Assembly: GCA_002269645.1 (NCBI GenBank)
Contig: NIVC01000572.1
Location: forward strand, 248,001-312,000
Direction: 5' to 3'
Length of the DNA stretch: 64,000 nt
From: Macrostomum lignano
Taxonomy: Eukaryota
Below the pieces are notes generated by a model. It made no database searches. It was not told where the DNA came from and was given only the letters and a program-made list of their open reading frames with translations. How positions within the stretch are numbered: the first letter of the stretch is position 1; each line of letters begins with the position of its first letter. A program made the translations under genes and the position numbers. Below, one piece after another: positions 1-12,900 of the stretch.

Positions 1-40
1 GAATGATGAATAAAAAGCGTTCGAATAGGAAGATTCTCAC

Positions 41-1730
41 CTCCAGAGGCGCCCGAAAGCCAAGATATTCAGCGTAGTAGCACATTGTTGTCCAAGAGAC
101 AAACAGTTTTACAAAATGGATCTTTTTCTTCGAACTGATACAGGTCTCCTACAATGTGTTATGTATTATAATGTATTATTAAATAATTACATCAAAGAAT
201 CCTTTGAAACAGCGAATGTTCAAACAAACCCGTTCAATCTCGACGCCAACTTCGATAAGATTGTCTTCGAATTTCTTTCTATGCATCGCCGCTTTTTTTG
301 AAAAATAATCTTCCGTGTCTCTCAAGTCTTCTTCCCAGACAAGGACGTAGTCTAAAGCAAAGTGGGCTAATATTTTTTTTCTTTGCGATTTGTTCATAAT
401 TTGATTCATAATCATTTAAAGTGCAACCAAAAATATGCTCGTGAGGCGTGCGTACATAGGTACCGGTATTTGTTATGCTGAAACACAGTTTTACACGTGA
501 ACTTACCGACTCTACGAATTCCGTCCCTGAAAAAGCAAGTCTTTATTGATTCTCTAGGTGGCGGTTCACTGTCATTTGTTGCTTCACTGACTGGCTTTGG
601 GTTGGATGCAGCATTTGTTGGTTGCTTAGTAGGTACAGAGTTAGTTGGTTGCTGAGTGCGTGCAGAATTGGTTGGTTGCGGAACTAGCTTAGCCTGAGGT
701 GACTGTCGAGTCGGAGAAAAGCTCGCTTGTTGCTGCGGCGATACGGCTTGAGGTGACTGTCGAGTCGGAGAAAAGATCGCTTGTTGCTGAGGCGATCCGG
801 CTTGAGGTGACTGTCGAGTCGGAGAAAAGATCGCTTGTTGCTGAGGCGATACGGCTTGAGGTGACTGTCGAGTCGGAGAAAAGATTGCTTGTTGCTGCGG
901 CGATACGGCTTGAGGTGACTGTCGAGTCGGAGAAAAGATCGCTTGTTGCTGGGGCGATCCGGCTTGAGGTGACTGTCGAGTCGGAGAAAAGATCGCTTGT
1001 TGCTGGGGCGATCCGGCTTGAGGTGACTGTTGAGTCGGAGAAAAGATCGCTTGTTGCTGCGGCGATCCGGTTTGAGATGATTTCTTGGTTGGCGTGAACT
1101 GACTTGGTTGCTGAGGTGAAGTAGTTTGTGGCGACTGTGGGGTCGAAGGAAACTTTTCTGGTAGCTGCGCTGATGTGACTTGTGGTTGTGGCGATGACTG
1201 AGTTGAAGTTGCAGTAGCCAGAGGCGGCTGCCGAGTCGAAGGGAATGTCGCGGGTTGCTTTGAAAATGTTGCTGGTGGTGCAGATTGCCGAGTGGGGGAG
1301 AGTTTACTCTGTTGCCAAGACAATTTCGCTGGCTGATATGGTGATACGGCTTGCGGCGATTTCTGAGTCGCAGGGTATTTTCTTGGTTGCTGTGGTGTCT
1401 TAGAGAACTGAGAGAACTGCTGCTGTTGACCGATCGGGGCTTGCTGCTTAGGCGAGGCGTTCTTTGAAGGCTGCTTGGCTGAGCCGACCTTTCCTGGCTG
1501 CAAAGTTTGGGTCAATGAGACTTTTGCATATTTCAATGTAGAATGGAAAGTCTATTGAGTATTGTCATGATCGACATGCAATTTCAATTTAAATCGAATT
1601 TGAATCGATTCTAATTAGTAGAGTGGCAGCAGTGGTGGCAGCACTAAAAGGTGGCAGCAGGTGGCAGCAGGTGGCAGCAATAAAAACAACTTACCGACGC
1701 ATTTCTGTCAGCGTTCGTCCCCTTTCGCAT
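41..1730 (-). CDS. Anoctamin/TMEM16 paralog A, 5' part (continues off the left edge)
   Basis: Exons 1695-1730 (MRKGTNADRNAS), 507-1551 (S/P/Q/T-rich, ends CFFRDGIRRV), 230-351 (DYVLVWEE...KKFEDNLIEVGVEIER) and 41-148 (ETCISSKKKIHFVKLFVSWTTMCYYAEYLGFRAPLE). All junctions are GT-AG and phase-consistent. These motifs match the anoctamin N-terminal cytosolic domain. Confidence 0.9.
690..1075 (-). repeat. Coding 54-bp tandem repeat (about 7 copies) encoding QQQAIFSPTRQSPQA(V/G)SP in anoctamin A
   Basis: Unit gcttgaggtgactgtcgagtcggagaaaagatcgcttgttgctgcggcgat(a/c)cg, repeated in frame within exon 507-1551. Confidence 0.92.
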
Positions 1731-1999
1731 TTAGATTTGAAACAGTTTAGAAATAATATATTATGAAAATGGTCAGCAAATCTTGCATACCACCAGCGAC
1801 GCTGAGTTCATAACTCAATGCATTCGGTTTGTTTTCTCAGTTGACAAAATTATTATTTTTAATTCATGTTTCCTTCATGTCGATATTTTTGAGCAGCTGA
1901 TATTTTTGTCTATGGACATTAGTGATCCGCAAGAAGTCACTTACCAATCTACCTTAAAAGTTGGCTTAAAATACACTTAGAAATACCTTAAAGTTTCCC

Positions 2000-4390
2000 T
2001 CCAACACGGGGAAACAAGTGGAAGCTTTAGTCCAGCTCTAACCATAACTCTCCACTCTCTCCTCACCAACCTAAGCTGCTGGGGCCTTGTGAAACGAATT
2101 TTATCACCAGAGTTGAGATGAGAACCGCGGGCGTGGTGTGAACTGCGTCACTTAGTGTTGAGATCTGAGCAAAGTTGACTACCGGTTTCGCCAAGGTTCT
2201 CCCTTTTCGGACGCGGTGCAGTAGCCGTAGCCAGAAGCGGAGCGGAGGTTGATTTGGGATCTGTCAGTGAAGCAGTGGATTTTATGGGGTTGCCAGTTGT
2301 CCCTTGCTGCGTGTCGGGAGCGTAGACGGGATTCCGTCTGAGAGGGTCAGCAGATCTCTCGCTGCTTCCAGGGTTCCAGGTCTCGCAGGCTGAGTTTGCC
2401 GTGCGGCTGGAGGTTCCGCTTTTTGAAAGCGAACTGCTTTTGGATGAGGATGCGCGGGTCGAGCAGACCGCAGTTGGTTTTCTTCATTGCTTAATTCCCC
2501 TCTGACAAAGAGATCAAGGGGTAAGGTCCAGGAAGGAGCATGCCAGCAAAGGGCGAATACGCTCGTAGAAGGAGTGGTGGTGGTGGTGGTTCCCGGCCAG
2601 AACTAGTCCGGGGGTGCGTCTGCGTCCCTAATCTCTGGAGATATTCGAACGCGCGAGGGCCGTCGTCAGCGACGACGGACAGCGACGGGTTTAGTCCGAG
2701 GACCTCCGCCCGGATGTCTGCGTGTGCCGGACACAGGATAATGAGGTTTTCGAGGTCCTCGGCTTTACCGCATGCTGGGCTGGTCGCAGATGTCTCCAGA
2801 CCGATACGGTGGCGGTATTTGCGGAGGCGAGGGCTGTGGCCGGTGCGAAGCTGGCCAGGTCACTTGGGCTTTGCGCCCGAAGCCCGGCGGTAGGCGTTTC
2901 GGTGGCCTCCCTTGTGTGGCAGAGCGATGCGTCGTGCAATACTGGTCGTTGACGTAGGCCTGGTTGAGGTCCGAGGCTGTCAGCATAGCGATGGCCGAGC
3001 GGGTGCTGCGGAGGTCCAGAGGGGCGTCTGCTTGGGAAAGCCGAGCCGCGTCGCGCGCTGTGCTGTCCGCCAGGTCTTTGAGACACAGGTCGCAATGTGC
3101 GGGGACCCACTGGATGGTGATGTGGTGGTCTGGCGGGACTCTCCTGAACTGAGCCGCAGAAACAGATGTCCCTGCAGCATGGCGAGAGGCGCGGTGAAGG
3201 GCCAACAAGGAGGCTCCGGAGCAGGGACTGCAAGTCCGTGGCGCAGCGGAGCTTGATGGCCCAGCCGGAGGGCGCACTCCTCGGCTCTGAAGGACGAAGT
3301 GCAACTGCCTGCCGGGGCCAGTAGTCGTTGTGGTGGGTGGCCGGGGATGATCAAGACGGCGCCCGCACCGCCGCACAGAGTGCCGCCGGTCGCAGAGCCG
3401 TCGGTCCAGAGCTGCAAGTCTGGCTGAGGGAGGGCGGCTAGAGTTTCGAGGGTGGCGGCTTTACGGATGTGCGGAGGGTCCTCGCGGGACGTCAAACGAC
3501 AGAGGTCCGGGGCGATGGTGACCCGGCGTGCTGTGCCAGGGCGGGATCGGCGCGTTGTCCATCTCTCTCGGCGCGTCTTCGATGCCGGCGCGGCGGATCA
3601 GTGTCCTTGCGCTGGAGCGCCAGTCCCGGCGGAAGTCGCCGTTGGCGCCGCGGGCGCGAAGTCTCGGAGCGATGTTCAACTCGTCGAGACGGCAGAGGGG
3701 CGTCCGCTGGCGTTGCCTCAGAGTCCTGTCAAGGAGGGTGGCACCAGCGGTCGCAGCGCGCGAGGTGAGAGGTTGGAGCCTGGCTTCTCGAAGGAGTGCC
3801 GCAATAGGTGTGGACCGGCAGCAGCCGGTGATGACCCTGGCGGCCGCATTGTGAGCCGTCTCTACCTCCTGGCGGCATGAGTCCGAAGCGAAGTTCAGCC
3901 AGACTGCCGCCCCATGGAGGATGGTAGATTCGGCGTAGGTGCGGTACAGGCGTGAGAGGGTGTGCGAATCCTGCCCCCAGTCACGGCCGGTGAGGCACCT
4001 CAGGACAGTGGTGCGTTTTTGCAGATTCCTGCGCTGGGTAGAGGCATGGTGGCGGTAAGTGAGCTGCGGATCCAGGTAAACGCCCGTAGAAGGAGTCGCG
4101 CTCATGATAGCTTGGGGAACAAGCTCGGCATTGCACCCTGTTGAGAGCTTCAAGAATATCTTTTACCTTCAGGGCACTGCTTCAAATGGCCGCTCTCGCA
4201 ATGGCAATGTTATTCCACCACAACCACCAGGGCGGCGGGGGTCAAGGCCTCAGGTAGCACCGAAAGCTCTGTGGATCTGCGCGATATTTGCGGAGAGCTT
4301 TGCAGGCTTTGGTTTGGATTTGGAGGTGTGGATGATAGCCACGGTTTTTGACTCAGAGAACTTGAGACCGGTGACTGTGAGTGAGGCTTA
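2000..4390 (-). mobile_element. Old degenerate non-LTR retrotransposon (RT C-terminus plus RNase H, I/Loa-like), split by a younger LINE
   Basis: The right flank reads GLKFSESKTVAII...RAFGAT*GLDPR (a decayed TWGL motif). The frame continues across the insertion site as IMSATPST|SVFAL...LPLDLFVRGE. The left flank reads KIHCFTDRSQINLRSASGYG (decayed RNase H). Stops and frameshifts are present; boundaries are approximate. Confidence 0.7.
2576..4084 (-). mobile_element. 5'-truncated RNase H-bearing LINE (I/Ingi/Nimb-type) with 12-bp TSD and (CCA)n 3' tail
   Basis: RT C-terminus GVYLDPQLTYRHH...RDWG...AARVITGCCRSTPI and RNase H LWTDGSA...SSFRAEECAL lie in shifted frames. TSD cgtagaaggagt is at 2564-2575 and 4085-4096. 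(GGT)5 at 2576-2590 marks the 3' end. Confidence 0.9.
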
Positions 4391-4399
4391 CCAGGTATT

Positions 4400-4740
4400 T
4401 ATCGATTTTCTTGGCGGCACGCTGCGGCTCATTAACCCGCCATTAACCCCCGCTCCTATTCAACCCCTCCACTCTAATATGGCTTTATTATCTTAGCCCG
4501 CGAGAGCCTCAACCCCCCCCCCCCCTATCCTCGCTTATCGATTTTCTTAGCGGCCCGCCGCAACCCATTTAACACACCCACCCGGCATCTCCCTTGCTCC
4601 TGTTCAACCCTTCCACTCTAATATGGCTTTATTATCTTAGCCCGCGAGAGCCTCAACCCCCGCTATCTCCTCTGCTTATCGATTTTAGCGATCCGCCGCA
4701 ACCCATTTAACACACCCACCCCCTTGCTCCTGTTTAACTT
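4400..4740. repeat. Imperfect tandem repeat, about 135-bp unit, about 2.5 copies
   Basis: Recurring blocks ccactctaatatggctttattatcttagcccgcgagagcctcaacccc and cttatcgatttt...gcaacccatttaacacaccc. Confidence 0.75.
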
Positions 4741-4971
4741 TAAAATGATACGACAATACGTTGCGCTTCCTCAGCTTCGTATTTAAGAAGACGGGTGTTA
4801 ATAAAGTGAGGATAGGACACTGCGCATGTTGCTTGTATTATTGTGTATAACAAAAAACTTCGGGTATTTAATGCCCTTTAGTGCAAGCATAGCCACAGTA
4901 TATGCTAATAATATACAGATAGACAAAAAACAAAGTACACATGTTTAAGGTTTTTGTCGTGTTGTTTAAAG

Positions 4972-7900
4972 TTAAGCAAAAAAGTCAACTCTTTTAAATC
5001 GTCTGCCCAGAATGTCCCGATCGATCAGCGACTTTCTGGCCAGATATTTCTGTCGCTGGTTACGATTTTCGACTTGACTCGGCACGTCTGGTATGGCCCA
5101 GCTGACTAAACGGCTCACAGCGAATACGACTTGCTGGAATGGTTTGGATATGAGCATCCAGGTGTTTGGTCTGGCCTTAAATACACAGAAATTCCAGACG
5201 TCAAAAAAGCAACAACTCTTAACCTGAAAACTCAGCGTAAGTATAATCCTAGCGGCCATTAATTTCCAGTAGAACTCGCTGTGCTGGTGCTGGGAGAATC
5301 CGCCATTGTACCGGCACGGTTCCGATGTTGTATTGGGCGGAGCAAAGTTCAGCGTGAAATTTTTGTAACCCTCGAGGCCTTTGTTGTACAGCATTGTGTA
5401 CACAGTTGTGGGCAGAAACTCGGAAGTGAATGCCATTAGAGTGGCCTAAAATGACGAAACAAGACATAATAAGATGGTACACCTAGTCTAGGACTAGGCG
5501 AATAAAAATATTGAATGGATTGCTGATCTAGTCAACAAGGATTAAATGAATCGAATGGATTGCTAATCTAGTCAACAAGGATTGAATGAATCGAATGGAT
5601 TGCTAATCTAGTCAACAAGGATTGAATGAATCGAATGGATTGCTAATCTAGTCAACAGGGATTAAATGAATCGAATGGATTGCTACTCTAATCAACAAGG
5701 ATTAAATGAATCGCATGGATTGCTAATCTAGTCAACTAGGCCACAGCTCACATTAGAAATAGTAGCCAGATACGCGATAAACTTGAGCATAGAGAACCAA
5801 ATTCCGATGCTCTGAGCTCTCTCCGGGCGAGGCCGCCGAGTTTCCAGGACCAGCTTCCTGGCGTCCAACCGGATCTCAACCAGATTGTTGATGAGCGCGA
5901 ACAGTGGCGCGAGCGGGAAAGCCGGCACAAACAATGTGACAAAGCCGAACTGCATGACCGCTTCCAGGTATTCCCAGAACAGTCCGTTTTGGTAGGGGAT
6001 CAACGCGAAATCGGATTCCCATTGCTTGCTGGAATTTTTCTGTTCGGCAGGGAAACCCACGGATCCGCGATGGAGCAGCAAGCACAGCTTCCTTTGTTTG
6101 CGGGTTGGCACAAAAAATTGAATATTTGACATCGTCCCGCATCACCAATGCTGACGGAAATTCTGCTCATTCCGCAGACTCCTGAGAACACACAAACACG
6201 CAATTAATTACACAGGCACAGCACTCATAAACACGCTCACGCGTGTACAGTCGTGCTGACTTTCTAATCGTCAGGCATGTACAATCTCTGTGCCTTGGGG
6301 GGTTGACCCTCATGGCCATCAGAGAATCTTCATAACAAAATCCTCATCAGAGAATCCCATAACAGAATCCCCATCAGAGAATCCCCATAACAGAATCCTC
6401 ATCAGAGAATCCCCATCAGAGAATCCCCATAACAGAATCCCCATAACAGAATCCCCATCAGAGAATCCCCATCAGAGAATCCCCATCAGAGAATCCCCAT
6501 CAGAAAATCTCCATCAGAGAATCCTCATCAGAGAATCCCCATCAGAGAATCCCCATCACATAATCCTCATCAGAGAATCCTCATCAGAGAATCCCCATCA
6601 GAGAATCCCCATAACAGAATCCCCATAACAGAATCCCCATCAGAGAATCCCCATCAGAGAATCCCCATCAGAGAATCCCCATCAGAGAATCCTCATCAGA
6701 GAATCCCCATCAGAGAATCCCCATCAGAGAATCCCCATCAGAGAATCCCCATCAGAGAATCCCCATCAGAGAATCCCCATCAGAGAATCCCCATCAGAGA
6801 ATCCTCATCAGAGAATCCCCATCAGAGAATCCCCATCAGAGAATCCCCATCAGAGAATCCCCATCAGAGAATCCCCATCAGAGAATCCCCATCAGAGAAT
6901 CCCCATCAGAGAATCCCACCGGAAATTAGCGGCTCGAACTCACGGATAAAGCAATTCGCTGGCCTGGGCAAACAGCTGGTTAAAAATGAAGATAATGGCC
7001 AGGTACTGAGTCAGCTCGAACATGCAGCTGCCATTTAAGCATTCCACGAATCTGGATCCAAACAGCCTGTTGTAGTCTCCAGGTTTTCCGGCCAGACTAA
7101 AAATTAGGGCGCAAGTTTAGTGATGTTTAAAATCCCAGTTAGATATGGGACCACCTTTTATCACTTGTTAGATGCGCAATCCCCTGCTAGATACGGGATC
7201 ACCTGTTAGATACGGGATTATAATGTTAGATACGGGATAACCTGTTAGATATGGGATTATATGTTAGATACGGGTGCACCTGTTAGATACGGGATCACCT
7301 GTTAGATACGTGATTATATGTTAGACACGAGATCACTTGTTAGATACGGGATTATATGTTAGATACGGAATTATATGTTAGATACGGAATTATATGTTAG
7401 ATACGGAATTATATGTTAGATACGGAATTATATGTTAGATACGGAATTATATGTTAGATACGGAATTATATGTTAGATACGGAATTATATGTTAGATACG
7501 GGTTCACCTGTTAGATAGGGGATTCTGTTTTAGATACGGGATTATATGTTTGATGCGGGATCACATGTTAGATACGGGATCACCTGTTAGATACGGGATC
7601 ACATGTTAGATACGGGATCACCTGTTAGATACGTGATTATATGTTAGATACGAGATCACTTGTTAGATACGGGATTATATGTTAGATAGGGAATTATATG
7701 TTAGATACGGGATCACCTGTTAGATACGGGCTCACCTGTTAGATACGGGCTCACCTGTTAGATACGAAATCACCTGTTAGATACGGAATCACCTGTTAGA
7801 TACGAGATCACCTGTTAGAAACGAGATCACCTGTTAGATACGAGATCACCTGTTTAGATACGGGATCACCTGTTAGATTCGGGATCACCTGTTAGATACG

Positions 7901-9435
7901 AGATCACCTGTTTAGATATGGGATTATAGATACGGGATTATATGTTAGATACGCGATCACCTGTTAGATACGCGATCACCTGTTAGATAGGGGATCACCT
8001 GTTAGATACGAGATCACCTGCTAGATACGCGATCACCTGTTAGATACGAGATCCCTTGTTAGATACAGAGTCACCTGTCAGACTGTTGATTTCCTAGGAA
8101 TGACAAACGAAACAAACATACAAAAATAACTCACTTGGCTTTAAAAAACGCCGTATAAGAAATGGACAAATAGTAATTGAATAATTCAAACAGGAACACC
8201 TTGATGATGACCTGGTTCTCGAACTCGGTCTGAGTTCGGTGCATCTCTGCGGAAGCCAATAGGGACTAAATTTATACGCTTTTCAAGTCTATTATTAAAA
8301 TGTATTCCCCACCCCATCAAGCCCATTAGTTGAAAGACCCACCCCACTCCGTGGTCCCGAAAGCCACATAGTAGCACAGGTACTCCAGCATCAGCACTAG
8401 TAGGAAGTTCGCGCTAGCCGAAGTTGTGTTGGCTACTGACAAGGCGGCAGAGCGGAACAACTTGTTTTTGAACATTGCTGCCGTGACGACGGCTCGGAAT
8501 AGGAGCATGAGCAGCAGACAGCAGACAGATAAAAACATCTGGAGCGATAACAATAAGGATATAAATTAATTAGGTAAAATTAAGAATGGATTACCCATGA
8601 AAACGGTACCTAGGCGTACAAGCGTTGAATAGTTGTTACCGTTCCCAGAGTCGTTGCAGATAGCACAGGTGAAATAGGCAAGAAGTAACTCTAGACCACT
8701 CTAAAACGACTTGATGTCACGCTAAAAGTCGCTAAAAAGTTGTCAGTCAAAGAGTCAGTTTGAGGTTTCTTTATTGTCTGCGACTCTGAAACGAGTTGCG
8801 TCTAAAGCGCACCAAGTGTCACTTGATACGCTCGTAAATTAGAATCGCATTTCACACTAAAATAACAACTCTATTTAGTCTACTTGAGTTAGTAGAAAGT
8901 TAAGCGCCAACAAACCGATATTTTTGGACGACTTTTTTGCGACTTTTTTTACGATTCTAGAACTCACGTGACGCACTCGTGACTCAACAGTCGCCTCTCC
9001 GTCGCATCGCAGTTGTATGAGTCGTTAAAAAGTCACAAGAGCCACCTTAGCGTCAACTAGTGAGTTGGTTGACTTTAGCGATTCTTGTCACGGTAACATT
9101 TTAAACGGGATTATTAGTCTAGACATTATGAAAAAAGGATAAAAATGAATTGCTAATCTAGCCAAGAGTCCATACCAGGAACAATAAGCTCAATAATCCC
9201 ACTAGCAGCCGAGGCAATCGCTTTGCATGGGAGAAGTGCGGCTCGATCAGACCCGTAATTGGGTCCTCAGCGAATTCAGTGCACTTGGATGTGTACTCAG
9301 GCCGCGCTCGCTCTTGCATCTCGATGTAGTCCACCATGTCCCACCTGGAGGCCAGGATGGCCGACTGACGCTTCCAGCTTTCTAGGAAGCAGCAGGCTGC
9401 GGGGCAGTCAGGCGTGTCAGTCAGTCTGTCTGTCC

Positions 9436-9486
<51 letters not shown>

Positions 9487-9487
9487 A

Positions 9488-9518
<31 letters not shown>

Positions 9519-9953
9519 AGTCAGTCAGTCAATCAGTCAGTCAGTCAGTCTGTCTGTCTGTATCTGTCTGTCTTAGTGTCTGTCTGTCTTAGTGTCTTAG
9601 TGTCTGTCTGTCTGTGTTTGTGTGTGTATGTGGTCTCCGCTGTCAGTCTTTCTATCACATAACTATCCGCAGACCTTTTTCTAATTAAGAGACTCACCCC
9701 AGAAGGAGGCAAACATTGAATAGACAAGGGTGCCGTGATTATCGAATAGGTAAGAGATGAGAATATAGCCGCACATGTCGCTGAGGTACCAGTACTTGCA
9801 TGATTCCGAATCCTTATCGTCGCATAGAGGACACATCTTGAACTCGTTGTGACTGTGGCAAGTCTCCTGCCTGCATGTTTGTTTGCGTTGCAGCCAATTT
9901 TTAGCGTAAAAGTAAAATTACGGAATAGCGAGATATAGGGCAGTGACAGACAC

Positions 9954-9991
<38 letters not shown>

Positions 9992-12900
9992 TGACTGACT
10001 GACTGACTGACTGACTGACTGACTGACTGACTGACTGACTGACTGACTGACAGACAGACAGACAGACAAGAGGATTTACGAGCGTACTTACACGATTACA
10101 TTGTCGCGAAGAGTGCAACAGCCGTAGACAAACACGCCAACACCCATAACGCTGGCGGGCACCAGCCAGGTAGTGTAATGCCCTGTACAGTTTGCAACGG
10201 TTGAATTTTTTAAAAGACTCCGTATGACTTTCAACTATTTTACACTGTTTAAGTCGATGAGCTCACCGATAAAAGCGTAATAGAAGGCCACTTTCTCTCC
10301 AAAGTATTCGCGAATGTGCTCAAGTGGCTGGTACTTGTGCCAGCGGCTCCATCGTGCCCAGTATTTGTGCAGCACTTGGCGAGAATTGAGCTGATGGGCC
10401 GGTTTATCTGCTGGAATCTTCGACGGACCCTGCAGTATTGTTGACGCACTACCGAAATGACAACTATGGAAATGACACACTACCGAAATGACACACTACC
10501 GAAATGACACACTACCGAAATGACACACTACCGAAATGACACTACCGAAATGACACACTACCGAAATGACACACTACCGAAATGACACACTACCGAAATG
10601 ACACACTACCGAAATGACACACTACCGAAATGACACACTACCGAAATGACGCGCTACCAAAAAACACACTATGGAAATGACGCACTATCGAAATGTCACA
10701 CTATGGAAATGACGCACTACCGAAATGACACACTATGGAAACGACGCACTACCGAAATGACACACTATGGAAACGACGCACTACCGAAATGACACACTAT
10801 GGAAACGACGTACTACCGAAATGACGCACTATGTAAATGACGCACTACAGAAATGATACACTATGGAAATAACGCACTATGGAAATGACGCACTATGGAA
10901 ATGATGCACTACCGAAATGACACACTATGGAAAAGACGTACTATGGAAATGACACACTTCAGAAATGACTCACTTTATAAATGACACGCTTCAGAAATGA
11001 CTTACTTCATAAATTACACACTTCAGAAATGACACGCTACAGAAATGACATACTCGAAATTACAGAAACACTACAGATGACACACTGACACTACGTAAAT
11101 TCTATTCCAACAAAAATCTTCTGCAGTACTTTAGTTTCAGAATGGTACTTAAGCTGAATGTTCGTTCATTTTAACGATCTGTACTTGTCCTGGCCTACCT
11201 CATGGGGCGGAAACGCGCACGAATAAATACCCCTCTTTATCATGCTGTCCAGGCCAATCTCGGACAAATCTTTCCGGCCGTACACCTGTGTGCCCAACAC
11301 CTCGTAGGCCACTTCAAAGCGTTGAGTTGGTTTGAAGTAAGTGTCTTTGTTCTCACTGCCTACGTATCTGGAAGGAAAAATTGAAATATTCTTAGAAATA
11401 TCAATTTTCGGAAAACTTTTACAAGTCAAGTGCCAGATAAATAATCTAGATCTTGGATTTGGGCCAGATGAGAGAGGTAAGGAGATGGAATAGATGAGAG
11501 AGAACAGGAAAGAAGGGTTGGAAAATGAGAGAAGAGAGAAGAGGAGGGAAGAGAACTGAGGAGAGACACAAACCTTGAGCGGGTATCGGGTATCGTATTC
11601 AAAACTAACAAAGTGCTATTCTCACTTTTTCAACTTGGATGCTGAAAATGGGCTGGTGTAGTACTGCAGCGGTGCATTTGGAACATCCTGGTCAAACGCA
11701 AAGCTGATCCAGTCTAATGGGTTTCTGTTTTTTCGTGTATCTCCATGGCTTTGTCCTTCTCTACTTGCTGTAACGGTGACGTGAACACGGTCAACTTATT
11801 GTTTAGTTTGTTTTACTACTTAAAATGACGTTTTATTACCATAATTGGAGCACGGAAGCTCAGATACTCGGCATAGTAGCACATTGTCCTCCACGAGATA
11901 AAAAGCTTCACGTAGTGAATTCTTTTCTTTGAACTTGTGCTGACTTCCTTGATAAGATTTTATTTAGAAATGGTTCTCGATAAAATGTAAAGTTATTGAA
12001 TAATTTAATATAAAATTTTTAACTATAGGGTGCCGTGAGGTGAAAGGTGCTGAGGTGGAGGGTGCTGTGAGCTGGAGGGTGATGTAAGGTATCTAGAGTG
12101 TGTTGTTAGGTGAAGGGTGCCATGAGGTGGGTGGAGGGTGCTGTAAAGGGTGCCATGAGGTGGGTGGAGGGTGCTGTAAAGTGAAGGGTGCCATGAGGTG
12201 GGTGGAGGGTGCTGTAAAGGGTGCCATGAGGTGGGTGGAGGGTGCTGTAAAGTGAAGGGTGCCATGAGGTGGAGGGTACTGAAGGGTGAAAAGTGAGAAA
12301 TCAGAATGACGGTGGTACACATTGCAAGAAAGGACAACAGCCATAGAAAAGGCCCAGTTAAAAAAGATGATGAATAAACTCCACCCGCACTCACCCGCTC
12401 CAGTTCCACGCCAGCGCTAATAAGGTTATCTTCGAACTTCTTTCGATAGCCGTGGGCAAATCTGAACCAGTCTTTTTTCTCAGGCGACGGAACCAGATCT
12501 TCCTCCCACACGAGAACGTAGTCTGGTGTTCGATAGTGTTAATAAATAGTAATAGAAACAATAAAAACTCAATACAAACCATATTGAGGCAACACAACAA
12601 AGCAGCTTTCAGACTTACCAACCCTTCGAACCCCATCGTTGAAATAGCAAGCAGACGGGCCTTCGAAAATTTGACTGTCCAGCACAATACTTGACATCGA
12701 GTTCACTTCATCCACAGCGCTCGTGACTGCCGGACGTCTAGCATCTTTCAAACTTGAGAAAGTAAGCTTCTTAGACACGTCGCTCATCAAAGGATTCTGA
12801 GCAGAACCGGCTCGATTCGGAGACGGCTGAGTCCATGCGTCTTTTCGCATCGGCTGGACCATCGCCACATTCGGCGCCTGCCTCGCTGCATCGCCACTTT

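Noticed and set aside
6142-6144. Selenocysteine or readthrough interpretation of the TGA in anoctamin B
   Set aside because: No SECIS was recognised and there is no Cys/Sec precedent at this variable loop; a 54-nt intron or a nonsense change is simpler.
6290-6628. ESPSENPH repeat ORF (similarly 25338-25656, 9259-10118, 28129-28507, 37068-37268)
   Set aside because: These are products of tandem repeats, mostly intronic or antisense to real genes.
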